A DNA stretch of 64,000 nucleotides. It comes from Octopus sinensis (lineage: Eukaryota). A model generated the notes under the pieces. The model saw only the letters and a list, made by a program, of their open reading frames with translations, ran no database searches and was not told where the DNA came from. Shown here one piece after another: positions 36,209 through 50,443 of the stretch. The stretch spans positions 78,430,001-78,494,000 of the forward strand of contig NC_043008.1 in assembly GCF_006345805.1 (NCBI RefSeq), in the 5' to 3' direction. How positions within the stretch are numbered: the first letter of the stretch is position 1; every line of letters begins with the position of its first letter. A program made the position numbers and the translations under genes.

Positions 36209-36440
36209 GGCATATAGAGTAATGGTTAAGAGCGTGGGCTACTAACCCCAAGATTCCGAGTTCAATTCTAGGCAATAGCTTGAATAAATAACAATAGTAG
36301 TAGTAGTAGTAACATCACGAAAAATAACTTAGGAATGAGAATCCAGAGTTAGGTTGAAAATTCTACCAGGACACCTGATGAAGGCTGGAGAGTTAACATT
36401 AAACATGATGAGGACACAAATCCGTCCAATTTAAATAATA
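36209..36440 (+). mobile_element. tRNA-headed SINE-like element (third family) with a hammerhead half-core downstream
   Basis: A box TAGAGTAATGG, anticodon-like arm GGG-CTACTAA-CCC, B box GAGTTCAATTC, then (TAG)n, then ACAC-CTGATGA-AGGCTG at 36375. Confidence 0.55.
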
Positions 36441-37054
36441 AAATCATTGTCTAAAAGTGGCTAGTAATATGACTCGGCTTGGTGAGGAGTCACAAATTTT
36501 GTGGTGGAGTTCACTAGGTCTGGCCGATATACTTATATATCAGACATAGCTCTTGTAAATATCTGACATAGTAGATGAGTATTTTTGTATGAACGTCTAA
36601 TGAAATAATCGATAGCCTATAGGATGTATTAATGCCAGTGTTAGGATCACCAGTGTAGATAAGCGTAGGTTTTTTTGGCGTTTTCGTCTCACGGTGAGCG
36701 ATACTTATTGAGAGGCTGACGTTAGTATTTATATTACATTAATCGATACACAATGGCTAAGGGGTATCACAGTGATATTGGTAATTATTGTGGCATTGTG
36801 TTTACAAGAATAGGGAGGTTACGGTTCATTCGCCCGTACATTTAGGTATATTGTGGTTATTAATTTGGTTAACGATTACTCAAATTCATTCCCACAGCAT
36901 TGTGTGAAAGTGCAATTATAAGCATGCAAGCATTTTGAAATCATATTAATGATCTACTGATCGGTCCAAAAGATAGAGAGCGATTCCTCGGAGGAGTGTC
37001 TGCATCTTCTGGAAAGGGTATTGTATGGCTGTGCATGTTTTATTATGGCCCATG

Positions 37055-37207
37055 TTAGATTACCGGAACTGTAATAATCTGTAAAACTTTCCAGAAGTTT
37101 GTTATTAAGATATATATGAGCATGTCTAGATACGCAAATATATGCATGAGAATATATGCATGAAACAAACATACAATTCTGCACATATACATACATACAC
37201 ACATACA
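37055..37207 (+). mobile_element. 3' fragment of the (TACA)n-associated R4-like LINE
   Basis: GTVIICKTFQKF ORF end; UTR TATATGAGCATGTCTA..GCATGAGAAT matches 27030-27110. Confidence 0.65.
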
Positions 37208-39855
37208 TGATGGCCGTCCACTCGTGACCGAGGAAAACCAATACTGACCTATAGGAACATTGCGCGCTCAAGACTAGTTTATACTTTACACTTGCTGCTC
37301 CGTTGATAACTAACGAGCCCTGCCCTTGGCAAACATACACGACTGAAAACATTGCAGACCAAGCTTTCCCCCATTCATTTCACTAGCAGTGCGTTTTCGA
37401 GCAGCACGCTTAAATTCTTCATGAGTAATTACGTGATTTTTGAAAGGTATCGACTCCCTCCTTTACCCGTTCCTTCCATCCGTAACGGTTGCAAGATTTG
37501 CTCTCCCAGTCAGCCTCCCTCATTTCATAGGCCTTTAATTAGGATTTCACACTTTCCTTAAATTGCAGTCTTGGCTTCAGCTGGGTCGCTTTCCAATAAG
37601 TTCCCCATATAGCATCTCTTTAGGGATTTTGCTATCATTCATTCTAACAAGGTGTCCAGTCCAACGTGCACCATCGCCTCAATGCTCAGAATATCGGCTT
37701 TCCTCAGGACCTGTGTATCTGAATTTTTTAAGGTCCAGTCAATATTCAGAATATATATCAAGCAACTATGATGGAAGCGTTAGGGGACCTTTATATGACG
37801 TTTGTAAAGGGTCCATGTCTCACATGAGTAAAGGAGCGATGTCAGTACACATGCACGGTGCACAGCAATTTCGCCTTGTGATGCTTTGTTAGGACCAGAC
37901 ACGAGGCTCAAGAGACCTGAAGGAATTTCGCCTTGTGATGCTATGTTAGGACCAGACACGAGGCTCAAGAAACCTGCAGCCTGAAAGATATTTCATTATC
38001 CAGGGAGCAAGAACGGCTGAGTGCGCTGCCCAGGTAAACAAACTTGTCTACAAACTCGTCTAACAGGTAGACATACTTGTCTTTCAGTATTGCTCCTTCA
38101 ACCAAGATAGTTGGTTCCACATATGGGCTTCCTGGTGCAGGTTTGAACATTACAACAGTCTTGTCCAGGCTAATGCTGAGTCCAAATGCCTTGCAAGAAG
38201 CAGAAATATGATGTCACGAATAAGAAACGGGAGAACTTTTGAATTGGTAGCAAATCGATGCAGGTTAAGAAGACAGCCAGAAGATCAATGCCTAACATAT
38301 ATCCCAGGAGAGCTGTATACAGCAAAAACATGAGTAAGAGTAGCAGCAAAGTACAGAGAAAAGAGACTTGAGGCAAAGATGTCACCCTACTTGACACCAT
38401 TCTCTACAGGAATGGGTCCCACCATGCCACCGCCAACATTGACCCAAGCCTCCATCCAATCATGAAATGATTTGATTGTTGATACAAAGGGATCTGGACA
38501 TCCAAGTTTGCCAGGTATTTTCCATAGAGAGGGTCTATTTACAGTATCAAATACCTTGGTTAAATCAATGAATACAAGGACAAGATCCATGTTTAGCTCG
38601 TAGTACTTCTCCTGCATCTGTCTCGCTGTGGAAATCATATCCACATTGTCAGATAGGGCATCATTTACAAGAACCTATTCAGGTGAGTAAGAAGAATACT
38701 TGCCAGAACCTTGCCAGCAGCTGATAGTTGAGCAATACTTCTGCAGTTGCCACACTCTACTCTGGCTCCCTTTCCTTCATAAAGAAAAAGGATAATTGCA
38801 TCCTTCCAGTCCTTAGGCATTGCACGATCCCTCCAGGTTACACTAATACGTTCATGGAAGTGACTGTGTGATGTGATCACCACCAAATCGCAAGACCTCA
38901 GCACAAATACCATCCTTACCAGGTGCCTTGCCAAGATTCAAGTTACTTATTTATCTCATTTATTGAGGGCGTGGAATTTAAGGCATTAATAGCAGGTCTC
39001 TGTTACATAGTGTCAATGCCTACTTCGTCCACAACTGACTCGCAGTTTAGAATTTCAGAAAAATGTTCAATCCAGCGACTTGTGATTGCTGTTGATTTAG
39101 TAAACAGAGTATAAGACTCCTTGGAAAGCAAAGGAGCTGATGCAGAGCTCCAAGCCCCATAAACTTGCTTCATATGATAGTAAAGCTTCTTTCTGTCATT
39201 TGCATTAGCAGCAGCCTGAACATCACGAGAAAGATCTTCCAACCAGGTATTCTACATCCTCCTGAGATATCAATGCAGTAGTAATTTTACACTGCTGTCA
39301 TAGGCAGGTACTAGATTTCGCTGCACAACTGTGCAGTAATACACTGTGGGCATGGCACTTTATGACCAGCAGCCACTGAACTTCAGCATCGTTTTCATCA
39401 AACCAGTCTCTGTGTCTGGCAGTAGAATATCCGTGTTTCAGTAGTACATTGAAAAATCTAGTCTCAAAAATCTTCCCACGATGCAGTATTTTCAATGCTA
39501 AATAAACGATTCTGAAGCCCTTTCCTCACCACAGCATCATGGAAATTCAGACTTCGAGGAATGCCAACTGGTCCTCTTCTTTCTTTCATTCTGATCATAA
39601 TCCGGAATTTTGCTCACACTAGGCTGTAGTCAGTCCAGCACTCCGAACCATGGAAGGACTTGACATTAAAAATGTCATAGATATCACACTCTCGGATGAT
39701 GACATAATCCAGCAAATGGCAAACTTTAGAACTTGGGTGCATCCACGTTGTTGTGTGATCGCCTCTGTGCATAAAACGAGTGTTTGCGATATAAAGTCCA
39801 TACTCTTCGCAAAGCTCTAGAAGCATGACACTATTGCTGCTGATCTTCCCTATAC
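37208..39855 (-). mobile_element. Old degenerate RTE-clade LINE
   Basis: Endonuclease ANTRF..TWMHP..HLLDYVI..CWTDYSLV; RT DWKDAII..KG..CGN.R.I, FIDLTKVFDTV, NGVK, FVYLGS and LLYSCETW. Tandem duplication of ~57 bp at ~37867-37975. Confidence 0.85.
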
Positions 39856-39884
39856 GAAATATATAAATATATGTCTCAAAAAAA

Positions 39885-40050
39885 TGAGAATCAATGCACA
39901 TGTAAAGGAAAACATACATGCATACATACAAAAAATACCCTGTTGTTGATGTTGAAATTCCAATGAAGGAGGATTGGATCTAGGTTAGAAACCGGCTCTT
40001 TCTCTATTGGCAAGAAACCTTGAAATAAAACTGAATAATGACATACATAT
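39885..40050 (+). mobile_element. 3' UTR fragment of the (TACA)n-associated R4-like LINE
   Basis: Matches 27120-27240 (TACCCTGTTG..GAAATTCCAATGA..GTTAGAAACCGG..AAACTGAATAATG) and ends in ACATACAT. Confidence 0.75.
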
Positions 40051-40710
40051 TGTGTACTGGCGTAGATGCTAAAAGTATGGTCTTTCAATGATTCTCTACT
40101 AGAAATATTTGAGACAATTCCTGTATAAACTATGATTGGTTGAGCAACAGAGAACAAATGAATATAATTAAGTCTAGAGGAAAAATTACATCAAAGAAAG
40201 CATAATTAATAGCTGAGAAGAAAACCCTAATGAAAAGAACTAATTGGAAATCATCAACACTGAAATAGAAATAATCTAGAAAGACTAATGAAAGTAAAAG
40301 TACATTTTCATCGTAGGCAATATAAACTCAAAAATCTATTTTTATTACTCTGCAATATCGATTCAAATATCATAAAATGTTTTTATCAATCGATTAGTGA
40401 AAGTACATTGAAACACTAAATTAACTTCTATTTAGAGACGCTTAATGAATGTATTTCTGAAACGAGTTATTTCTCAATTTTTATATGTCACATTCCTCAA
40501 TTTAATTCTGACACCATTTTTTCCATATTCATCCCACCCTATTTACTAAAGACACGTTAGAATGTCCCTTATCTTTTTATACAATTCTACTTTTCTATAT
40601 TAATTGTATTAATTTAATCAGCAAGAACGCGTTTTCTGTTTTAGTAGGAATTTTTTCTTCTTCTTCTTCCTATTCCTCCTCTCCTCTTCTCTCTCTCTCT
40701 CTCTCTCTAT

Positions 40711-40751
<41 letters not shown>

Positions 40752-40752
<1 letters not shown>

Positions 40753-41302
40753 ATTCTATAATTATAAGCATAATTATAATTAGGGTTCAGTAAAAATTTC
40801 TTCACCATATACTGAAATTTAGAAATAACAGTTAAATACTATTCCACTACTATAAGATATCTCCCAGACAGTAATATTCTCAACCCACGCAGGTAAAGAG
40901 AAAAAGATAACGAATCCACCCGGCTTTGATTAACTGTATACGCCTTTCTGGGTTAAAGAGGTGTAAAAAGATGTAAAATCATATTTCTACTCACTTATTC
41001 CCGTCGTCAGTATAGTATTTCAATTTTAAATTGGAGAACACTGATAATTAATATACGTATTAGATCAAGCACCATCGGACAACATATATCCAAAAACCAG
41101 TACTTCCGAATTCAAACAGACGAATGAGATCTCGCATTCTTCCTCTTTTTTTTCTCTTTACCTTCGTGAGTTGAGAGTATTACTGTCTGGGAGATATTTT
41201 ATGGTAGTGGAATAGTATTCAACTGCTATTTCTAAATTTCGGTATGTGGTGAAGCAATTTTTGCTGAACCCTAATTATAATTATACTTACAGTTATAGAA
41301 TT
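40752..41302. repeat. ~155-bp inverted repeat with a ~245-bp spacer (MITE-like or inverted pseudo-LTR)
   Basis: Arm 40752-40906 (AATTCTATA..TAGGGTTCAG..CTCCCAGACAGTAATA..GGTAAAGAGAAA) is the reverse complement of 41150-41302. Confidence 0.85.
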
Positions 41303-41404
41303 TTTGTATAAGGTTACCGATAATAGCTCTTTTAACATACCGAACTACTTGGTAAAATTAATTTTACCCTTTATTATTATTGATTATTTATATATATATA
41401 TATA

Positions 41405-44400
41405 TTGATTGGTTGGCATCCTTTTTGTCTCGGGAGACAATGGAGTTGCGCATAAAGTAGTCTAGTCCGGCTTTTATATTTCATGTCCTGATACATTTCC
41501 TGCTGTGGCTGTGTAGTCCTATCCTGGACAAACACTCCCTCTGGCAGGTACCGCAAATGTAGCGAAGACTGTTCCTGGCTGGTTGTAATGTCATAGTTTC
41601 TTGTTGACGTCTTTTCTTGTCTTTCCATTTCTCCTCTCTCTCTCTGGCACTCCTTTGTATTCCCTCTTTTACGGTACGTCGCCATTCTCCACGGTTGCCG
41701 GCAACTGCCTCCCAACCGCTAATATTGATGTTGCAGGTCTTCATGTCCCTTTTGCAAACATCCTTGTAACGTAAGATCGGTCTACCCACAGACGTAGTAC
41801 CCCTAGCAAGCTCTCCGTAGAGTATGCCCTTGGGCATTCTGCCATCTTTCATACGGCTAACATGCCCAAGCCATCTCATACGTCTTTGTGTGAAGAGTGC
41901 AAACATGCTTGGTATTCCTGCTTGCCTGAGGACATCTTTGTTGGGGATATGATTCTGCCATTTGATGCGGAGGATTTTTCGTAGGCAGCGCAGGTGAAAG
42001 ATGTTTAGGCGACGCTCTTGGCGTGTGTATAGCGTCCAGGTCTCACTTCCATACAGTAGAGTGCTGAGTACACATGCCTGGTAGATCTTCATTTTCGTGG
42101 TCTTGGTCAGCTTATTGTTGTCCCAAGCCCGTTTGGAGAGTTGGGCCATCGCAGAAGCTGCCTTGCCAATGCGTATATTGAGCTCAGCGTCAAGGGATAG
42201 GTTGTAGGTGACGGTAGAGCCAAGATAGGTAAACTTCTCCACCTCTTGTAATCTGTGGTCTCCAATATGTATGTTTGGGTTTGTCCGATGTAGCCTGGCC
42301 CATGGTGTTGGTCTTCTTAAGGCTGATAACTAAGACAAATTCGTTACATGCTTGCTCAAAACAGTTGATGAGCCTTTGGAGGGCTTCTTTTGTGTGTGAT
42401 ACCAGAGCGGCATCATCAGCAAATAGCATCTCCTTGATCAGAACGCTTCTGATTTTGGTCTTGGCACGCAGTTGCGAGAGATTGAACAGTTTCCTGTCAC
42501 TTCTACTGTGCAGAAACACTCCATCATCTGATGTCTCAACGACATGTGACAGCAGGAGCGAGAAGAAGAGGCCAAACAATGTAGGAGCGAGGACACAACC
42601 TTGCTTTACCCCGTTTTTTATTTGGAAGGCGGCTGATGTTGAACTGTTGTGCTGTATGGTGCCTTGCATGTCATCATGGAAAGACTTGATGATCCTCAGC
42701 AGCTTTGGTGGACATCCGATGTTTTGGAGCAGAATGAAGAGGCCTGTTCTGCTTACCGAGTCAAAAGCCTTTGTTAGATCAATGAAGGCCATATATAATG
42801 GCATTTTCTGCTCTCTGGACTTCTCCTGAAGTTGGCGTATGGAGAATATCATATCGATAGTTGATCTGCTTCTTCTAAAGCCACACTGCGATTCGGATAG
42901 ATTCGAGAAGCAGGTAGTTGTAGCCTGGCCAGGATAACGCGGGCAAAGGTCTTTCCAACAGTGCTTAGAAGAGATATACCACGGTAATTGTTACAATCAC
43001 CACGGTCACCTTTGTTTTTGTAAAGCTTAATGATGTTAGCATCCCGCATATCCTGAGGGACTGTACCCTCTTCCCAGCACTGACACAGAAGCTCATGAAG
43101 GTGCCGAAGCAGGATGGTGTTTTTGCCGGCTTTGATGATCTCTGGGGGGATGCCGTCTTTTCCCGGAGCCTTTTTTCTTGCTAGGGAGTCAACAGCCTTG
43201 GTGAGTTCTGCTATAGATGGCGGACTGTCAAGTTCGCACATGACTGGCAAGATCTTGACACTCTCGACTGCAGCCTCAGCCACTGTAGTCTCCCGTGAGT
43301 AGAGATCCTGGTAGTGCTCCACCCATCTATCCATTTGCGTGCTTTGATCCCTGATGAGATCTCCAGTAGTTGATTTCAGAGGGGCTGACCTGGTTGCGGA
43401 TGGACCGAGGGCCTTCTTCAAACCGGCATACATCCCACGGGTGTCGCCCCTGTCAGCAGCTGACTGGATACTCTGACAGTTTTCCTGCCAATACCTATTT
43501 GCACAGCGTCTGGCTGTCAGTTGGGTTTTATTTCGTGCCTTTCTGAGTTCTTCGAGTGACTTTGTTGAAGAGTCACTCTTGTATTGCATCAGAGCTGCAC
43601 GCTTTGCTTCGATAACTGGCTCCAGCTCTGAGAGCCCAGCATTGAACCAATCTGGGTTTTGCCTTTCTCTCATGCCGAAAGTATCTATTGATACAAGGCT
43701 TCCCTGATATAGTCCCACCTACTTTCAGCAGAGGAGGTTGGGCAGCTACTGAGGGCAACCTTGATAGAAACAGCAAAACATTTTCGCAGTGTAGGGTCCG
43801 AGGTTCTGGCGGTGTTGATGCGATGGACTTTTTTAGGCAGAATCCTCACCCTAATTCTAATTAGTGAGTGGTCTGTGTCACAATCCGCGCTATGGTAACT
43901 GCAGGTCAATAGAGTAGAATTCAGAAAGGATCTCCGTGTAATGATGAGATCCAGCTGATGCCAGTGGTGAGATCTTGGATGTCTCCAGGATGACTTGTGG
44001 GATGGCTTGTTGGTAAAGAATGTGTTTGTGATGCACAGGTTGTGGTATGTGCAGAATTCGAGTAGTCTCTGACCATTGCCATTCATGTTGCCAATACCAA
44101 AGTGTCCAACACAAATGGGCCACGAATCATGGCACAGTTGAGATCTTTGTAGAACTGGTCCTTGGTCTCCTCTGAGCTGTAGAGAGTGGGAGCATAGATG
44201 CAGAGTAGATGTACTGAGCCATAAGAAGTCGAGAGGCGCAGTGAGAGGATACGCTCAGTGCCTCTATTGAGGAGAGTAGTGGTTCTATTGAGGAGAGTAA
44301 TGAGTTTCTCACTGAAAAGCCAACGCCATGTTGACGAGGTTCTTCTGGATCGCTTCCCTGCCAAAAGAAGGTGAAATCCTGCTCTTTGAGTTTGCCGTTT

Positions 44401-45190
44401 GAGGAAAGTCTTGTCTCCTGCAACCCAGCAATATCTATGTTGAGCCTCTTTAGTTCACGGTCAATGATGGCCGTTTTCCTTGTGTCTTCAATCCTGAGAA
44501 GATCATCAGATATTCCAGGACACATGGTCCTGACATTCCAGCTTGCCAACCGCAGAACTGGTGTTTTCTTGACTTTTAGCTGTTTGCCTGGTGCAGAGGT
44601 TGCAGGCCGCTTTTCGAGTCATACTCTTAGCTCCAAGCACCCAATGGAGCAGGCGGCCTGTGGCGGGTCAGCACCTTATTAACTGGGGGCTGCCCAGCTT
44701 GAGGTGGGCAGTAGCTAACCAATAGGACACGGAGGTCCCTCCCACCGTCAGAGGTAACCCGTAGCGCCCATTTTCTACGCCAATCTGAATGGACTTATCA
44801 CTCGTGACTGTTACCTCCCGTGTTGTTTCTGCAGCTTTTTACAGCAGCACTGAAGTGTCCTCTCCAGTTTTGCGCAGGCCTGGGCTATAGATAAGAAAGT
44901 CCTGGGTAGCCCAATCGTCAGGTTTCCTCTCTCGACCTTGCTGATGTAGTCCAGTGGAGTGCAGTGCATTACGTTTGGCACCAGCTTGGTTGCAGGAGCT
45001 GCCAGAAGAGTGTCGAGTCGAACACTAGACCGCCTTCGGGGCTCCACTCCGGATTTCTTTGAAGGTTGTCTCCTTTCCGTAACCCTGGATAGAGGCCCAT
45101 ACCGGGTACTGTCAGCCGGAGCCAGCTGAGCCCGGAACCCGTGTCAGGCAGGGTCGTCACTCCCTGAAGTAGTGAAGAAGTTCGCTACCC
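41405..45190 (-). mobile_element. Near full-length young RTE-clade (BovB-like) LINE, inactivated
   Basis: ~600-bp 5' UTR; endonuclease ASWNVRT..GLQETRL, IYAPT and QLDLII..DTDHSL; [38 protein letters not shown] and LFADD; C-terminal CxxC..HxxxC. Split by frameshifts and a deletion near 44130. Confidence 0.95.
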
Positions 45191-45240
45191 ACTACCTTTA
45201 TACCCACTACCTTATATATATATATATTTTATTTATTATA

Positions 45241-45516
45241 TAGAAGGAGCTTCTACAGGACTAGAACTGTTTCATTCAAAAGAAATCATCAGGAAGCTAG
45301 TAGACAAGAGTTGTTTTGGCATTTATACATTTAGGCAGGTTTAAATGGGTGGTGGTGGGGGACTTTTTGGGGGGTAGGCATGGCGCAAAACTATCATTAT
45401 TAGGGGAGTGGTCAAAGGAATCGGTGGTAAAGTAGATAAAAGAATAAATAAAAGAATAAAAGAATAAATAGAAAAATAGAGTTTTAGGTAAGTAAGGAGA
45501 CTCTCACTTGTACATC

Positions 45517-45565
<49 letters not shown>

Positions 45566-46433
45566 CCACATATTCACATATATCTATATATATACATACA
45601 TACACACATATACATACATATATATATATACATACATATACATATATATATACATATATATACATATATATACACATACCCATGTACACACACACAAATA
45701 CACATATACATACATATATATACATATAAGTATACACACTCGCACATATATATACATACACACATATACACATGCATATACATGCACACACATACACACA
45801 CATTTTTATTCCCTTATTTTAATTTTATTATTACTTTTGTTTATATCTTTACTTTTATCTTGACCTCGGTCAGCCGGTCTCAAGGGATGGTCTCTCTAAA
45901 GAGTCTATTTATCTATCTACTCACTGATACAAACGCAAACACTCACTCACGCCCACACACTCACACGTACACTCATACCCATACACACACGCACGTGTTA
46001 TATTCATACATACATACATCTACATACATTCACGTATATTCATATACGTACACGTACCTACTGATTCATATCTACACGCATACACATACATACCTCAATA
46101 CACCCACAGAAGACTAGTCCATACATATACACTAATAAATATAAATACACATATACACATACACATACATACACATACATACATATACATATATATACAT
46201 AAATTTAGGGATAGTAGCTATAGAATTATTAAAAGTTGAGATAGTGAGAAAATGAATGGTAATTATTTGAGGGAGGTAAAATGTCTAGTTCAGTGGCAGA
46301 GGGAGATTGCTAAGGCATGTGAAAAGGTATGAAAGACGATAGAAGGAGATGAACTATTGTGGAAGGATTTCAACCACCACCCACCCACCATGTGACTTAA
46401 AGTAGACTGAGACATTTCTATTAAATAGACAAC
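45241..46433 (-). mobile_element. Penelope-like element 3' end/pseudo-LTR (left part, split by Gypsy)
   Basis: Minus-strand CLFNRNVSVYFKSH appears to continue the GIY-YIG fragment at 50444-50750. A sense-strand HHR lies at the distal end. Confidence 0.55.
45248..45298 (-). ncRNA. Type I hammerhead ribozyme
   Basis: agcttc CTGATGA t-ttc-tttt-gaa-t GAAA cag-ttctagtc-ctg TA gaagct. Perfect 6-bp stem I, 4-bp stem III, GUA site; positions 10.1-11.1 are a U.U mismatch. Confidence 0.75.
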
Positions 46434-49400
46434 TGTTGAGTCGTCAGCAGTTCGGGATGTAGGTACTTCACTATGAGCCGTTGATATAGAGCGTTGAGTC
46501 TCGTGTAATAGTAATAATAGTGCATCGTGTATATACTTTATTATACTCTGCTTCGTGAATTGATATATCCAATACAAGGACTAAAAGTGGCGGCGAATTG
46601 TTCGAAGCTTCTGTTGGACGTTAAAATTAATTGTTTTCTTTAGTACGAAACCAAAAAAATCGTTTTAACATGGACATTTTATTGGCCTCCATGGTGCTGT
46701 TACAATAGCAGCAGCAATTACAGCAACACCAGAAACTACAATAGCAGCAAAAACAAATCCAACAGTTGCTGGAATTAACGATGAAGAAGTCTGAAAATAA
46801 TTCAGGCAAATACTCGCCACACATCGTAGCAAATTCAATTGAAGAATTCGGCTACAGTCCAGAAGAAGGAATTTCTTTCTCTGCATATTTTCGTAGATAC
46901 GAAGAAATCTTCAAAGAAGAGTATAAAAGTGGTCCAACGAGAAAAAAGTACAACTTACTTTTAAGGAAGTTATCCCCTACCGAACACAAAAAATATAGTA
47001 ACTATATTCTGCCGTAGAAGCCAGGTGAGATAAGCTTCCATGAAACAATTAATACTTCATCGAAAATTTTCAGTGAAAGAAGTTGCTTGTCCAAAATTCG
47101 CTGGCAATGTTGAAACTTGATCAAAAACGATGATGAAGATTTCGTCACCTATGCCGGTGTGTGAGAAATTCATATTGAATGAGTTGACCCCGGAATGTTC
47201 AAGTCTTAAATTTTTGTTCAAGTACTTATTATGAACAAAGACGCAGATATACGTTCAGAGATATTAAAAACAATAGAACAGGACCAAAATTTAACTCTGC
47301 AGGCAGTAGCAGAAGAGTGTCAGAACGTTATAAATCTACGATATGACTCAATAAAACTGAAGTGGAAGATTGCTTTCATGTTCAAGCGTGTCAGCTGGTA
47401 TCGGATCAGAAAAATGTCAAGACCGAGTCCATGTTATGGGTGCGGTCGTCTACATTTTAAAAGTAACTGTCCGTTTCAAAATATAAAATGCTTCAAGTGT
47501 GGTAAAATAAGTCATAAAAAGTCGCACTGTAGGACAAAACCTAAAAAATGGTTCAACAGAAAATATCACATAAACAGATTATCGGTGACAAAAACCACGA
47601 ACGAGCTCAAAGAAAACTTGTGTGTGTAAAAATTGATGAGACAAACGTACAGTTACAATTGTATGCGGGCAGCGATATCTCAATGATTAACAGATACATG
47701 TAAATAAATCGAGAGGCCTAGATTAAATGAAAGTAACATTACCTTTCATGAAAAAACCTTAAAAGCTGAAGTTTCTGTATTAAATAATCTCTCAAACGTA
47801 TTTGGAACTGACTGGCTGGAATTATTTAACTTATGAGACCTCCCAATAAATCTTCTTTGTAAAAATATGAATGGTTTTTTTCCTTCCAGTACAAATGAAT
47901 CGTCAGACGAATTGAAAAGAATACGTTTTATATTTTTACTGAAGTTCTGTCTGATAAATTAGGTCTGTGTACCAAAATGAAGGCGCGGTTTCAAATAAAA
48001 GAAAACGCCATACCAACATTTAAATATAAACGAACGGTAGCATTCGCAGCGTTAGAACAGGTAAACTTAGAATTAGAGAGACTAGAAAAAATTGGAGTTA
48101 TTCAAAAAGTGGTATGCTGTCATTGGGCATTATCATCTGTGTACGTTAATAAGAATAATATAATCAGAGTGTGTACTGATTTTACCACTTGTTTTAACAA
48201 ATGTCTTAAAACGTGCTACTATCCGCTACCTACATTTTTGCGTAATTAAATGGTGGCAAGATAGTTTCTAAATTGGATCTCTCTGACGCGTACCTAAAGA
48301 TTAACACACATAAAGGACTGTATAAATACAACAGGTAACTATTTGGCTTAAAAGTCGCACCAGCGATTTTTCAGCAGATTATGGATGCAACGTTAGCGGA
48401 CTGTGAATTTTCAATTTCATACCTCGATAATATACTCATTAAAAGTGAATCCAGGGATCAACACGTAGAGCAAGTAAAATATGCATTCGAAAAAATTAGG
48501 GATTACAGTGAAGAAAAGTGAATTTTTCTTACTAAAACTTTAGGACAAATCATTAATAGAAATGGACGTCAACCAGACGCAATTAAAAATATGCTCTCTC
48601 CGACAAACATAGAGACCTTACAAGCATTTTTAGGACTGGCAAATTATTAGCAAAATTTTATTCCAGACATTCATAAGGTGAGGGTTCCACTGAATAATCT
48701 ACTGGAAAAAGATATGAAATGGAATTGGTCGGAAAATTGTGAAAAGGCGTTTGACGAACTAAAAAATATATATTAATATCTGATTTGTCGCTAGCACACT
48801 TTGATTGTGCAGTGGAGATTGTTGTCGATTCAGACGCTTCTGAGTACGGTATAGGAGGGGTAAATATAAAGATGCTTACATGAAGGCGATGGTTCATGCC
48901 TCACGTTCTCTGATATCAGCAGAGAAAAATTATAGTGAAATCGAAAAGAAGCTCTAGCGATTATTTGTGCCACAAAAATATTTCACAGATTTTTACACGG
49001 TAGAAGTTTTCCTCTACATAATCAATATTTGGGTCGAAAAAGGGTATCCCGTCTCATACTTCTAATAGGTTACAACGCTAGGGTAGTGATATTATTAAAC
49101 TATGATTTCAAGATGGAGTTTATATGATCCAAGAATCTAGGTCATGCTGATTATCTATCAAGAATGATTTCAAAAAATGCGGAACTATTTGAAGATACAA
49201 TGATTGCCACTTTGTGAGCGAAAAATGAAATTTAAAATGTTTTGTATAATATCTTACTTGAACTGCCAGTTAATTTTGAAGGCATAAAATTAAAATCAGA
49301 AAACGATAAATTCATTATAAAAATGAAAGAATTTACTGAATGCTAAAAAGAGATAAAAATATACGCAACACAAATGTGAACCATGTCTCACAGTGTGACA

Positions 49401-50443
49401 ATGTATGCACAAAAAGTCGTAGTTCCAGCCACGCTACAAAAGCGACTATTAAAGGAATTTCATATTGGTCACCTAGAAATTTCAAGAATGAAATCGTTAA
49501 TGAGAAGTTATGTATAATTGCCAACAATCAACGTGACATTGAAGAATCAGTGAAAGTATGCACATGGTGTGCCTTAGCTGCAAAAGCGCCTAACATTAAA
49601 TGGCAACCGTGGCCAAAAATAGATGCTCCATGGGCCAAACTGCATGTTGATTATGTAGGTCCACTTAAGGGTAGCTGGAAGTGCATAAATGTAAAAATTC
49701 GACACCTGCAGTTACAATTTTTTTACACGAATTTACGTCAGACTAATTCAGAAAAGTTTGCAAAATATTCGTCATTGAACATGTCATGTCACCACTCTGC
49801 TGTATCATCCTATGTCGGATAGACAAGCGGAGCGTTTTGTTGACACTTTCTCGAAGGCGTTGAAAAGAGCGAACAATGAAGTTATGAATGGCCTTTCCCT
49901 TCAACAATTTCTAAGAGTGTACCGAGTAACACCTAATCCGAATACACCGTCGGGAATGTCACCCGCAGAATTGTTGTTTGCTAGAAAAGTCAGATCTGTC
50001 TTTGATAAGCTGATCCCTAGTGGAACCAAAAAAAAAGGTGAACAACAAAAGTACTTCAAAGTTCTTCACGTTAGGTAACAATGGTTTTTTTAACTTATAG
50101 ATATAGTAAAGAAAGCTGGGAGGAAAGTGTAATTATTAAACAAATTGGAAGAATGATATTCCTGGTAAAAGGAAAAATTTCAAACATAAAATACATGTAC
50201 CAGCTTAAAAAGAGATTCATGGAAAAAGTCACGAGAAATGAAATCCCCATGGAAGTATTGTATGACAGGTTTCAGGTGCCAACACCCAGACAATTTAAAA
50301 CTATAGAGTCTAGCAACAGAAAACGGAAAAGAACAGAAACGCTGGAATTGAACCCTAAGTGCAAGATATATTAAAACTCTGAGCGGAGTTCAATTCTCAA
50401 AAGGGGAGAAGTGAGGTGAGGCGGATTCTAAAAAGGGAAGATG
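46434..50443 (+). mobile_element. Decayed Ty3/Gypsy LTR retrotransposon (K02A2.6-like); 3' LTR missing
   Basis: TG-started 5' LTR and PBS-like TGGCGGCGA at 46588. gag FSAYFRRYEE with two Cys/His knuckles; RT YPLP, SKLDLSDAYL and APAIFQQIMD; RNase H DASEYGIG; integrase PWAKLHVDYVGP, QAERFVDTF and SPAELLFAR. Polypurine tract plus TG at 50430-50443. Many stop codons. Confidence 0.9.

Noticed and set aside
44560-45190. HDV-like ribozyme in the RTE 5' UTR (also the Dong-like 5' end at 12325)
   Set aside because: I could not identify the nested double pseudoknot by eye; it needs a descriptor search.
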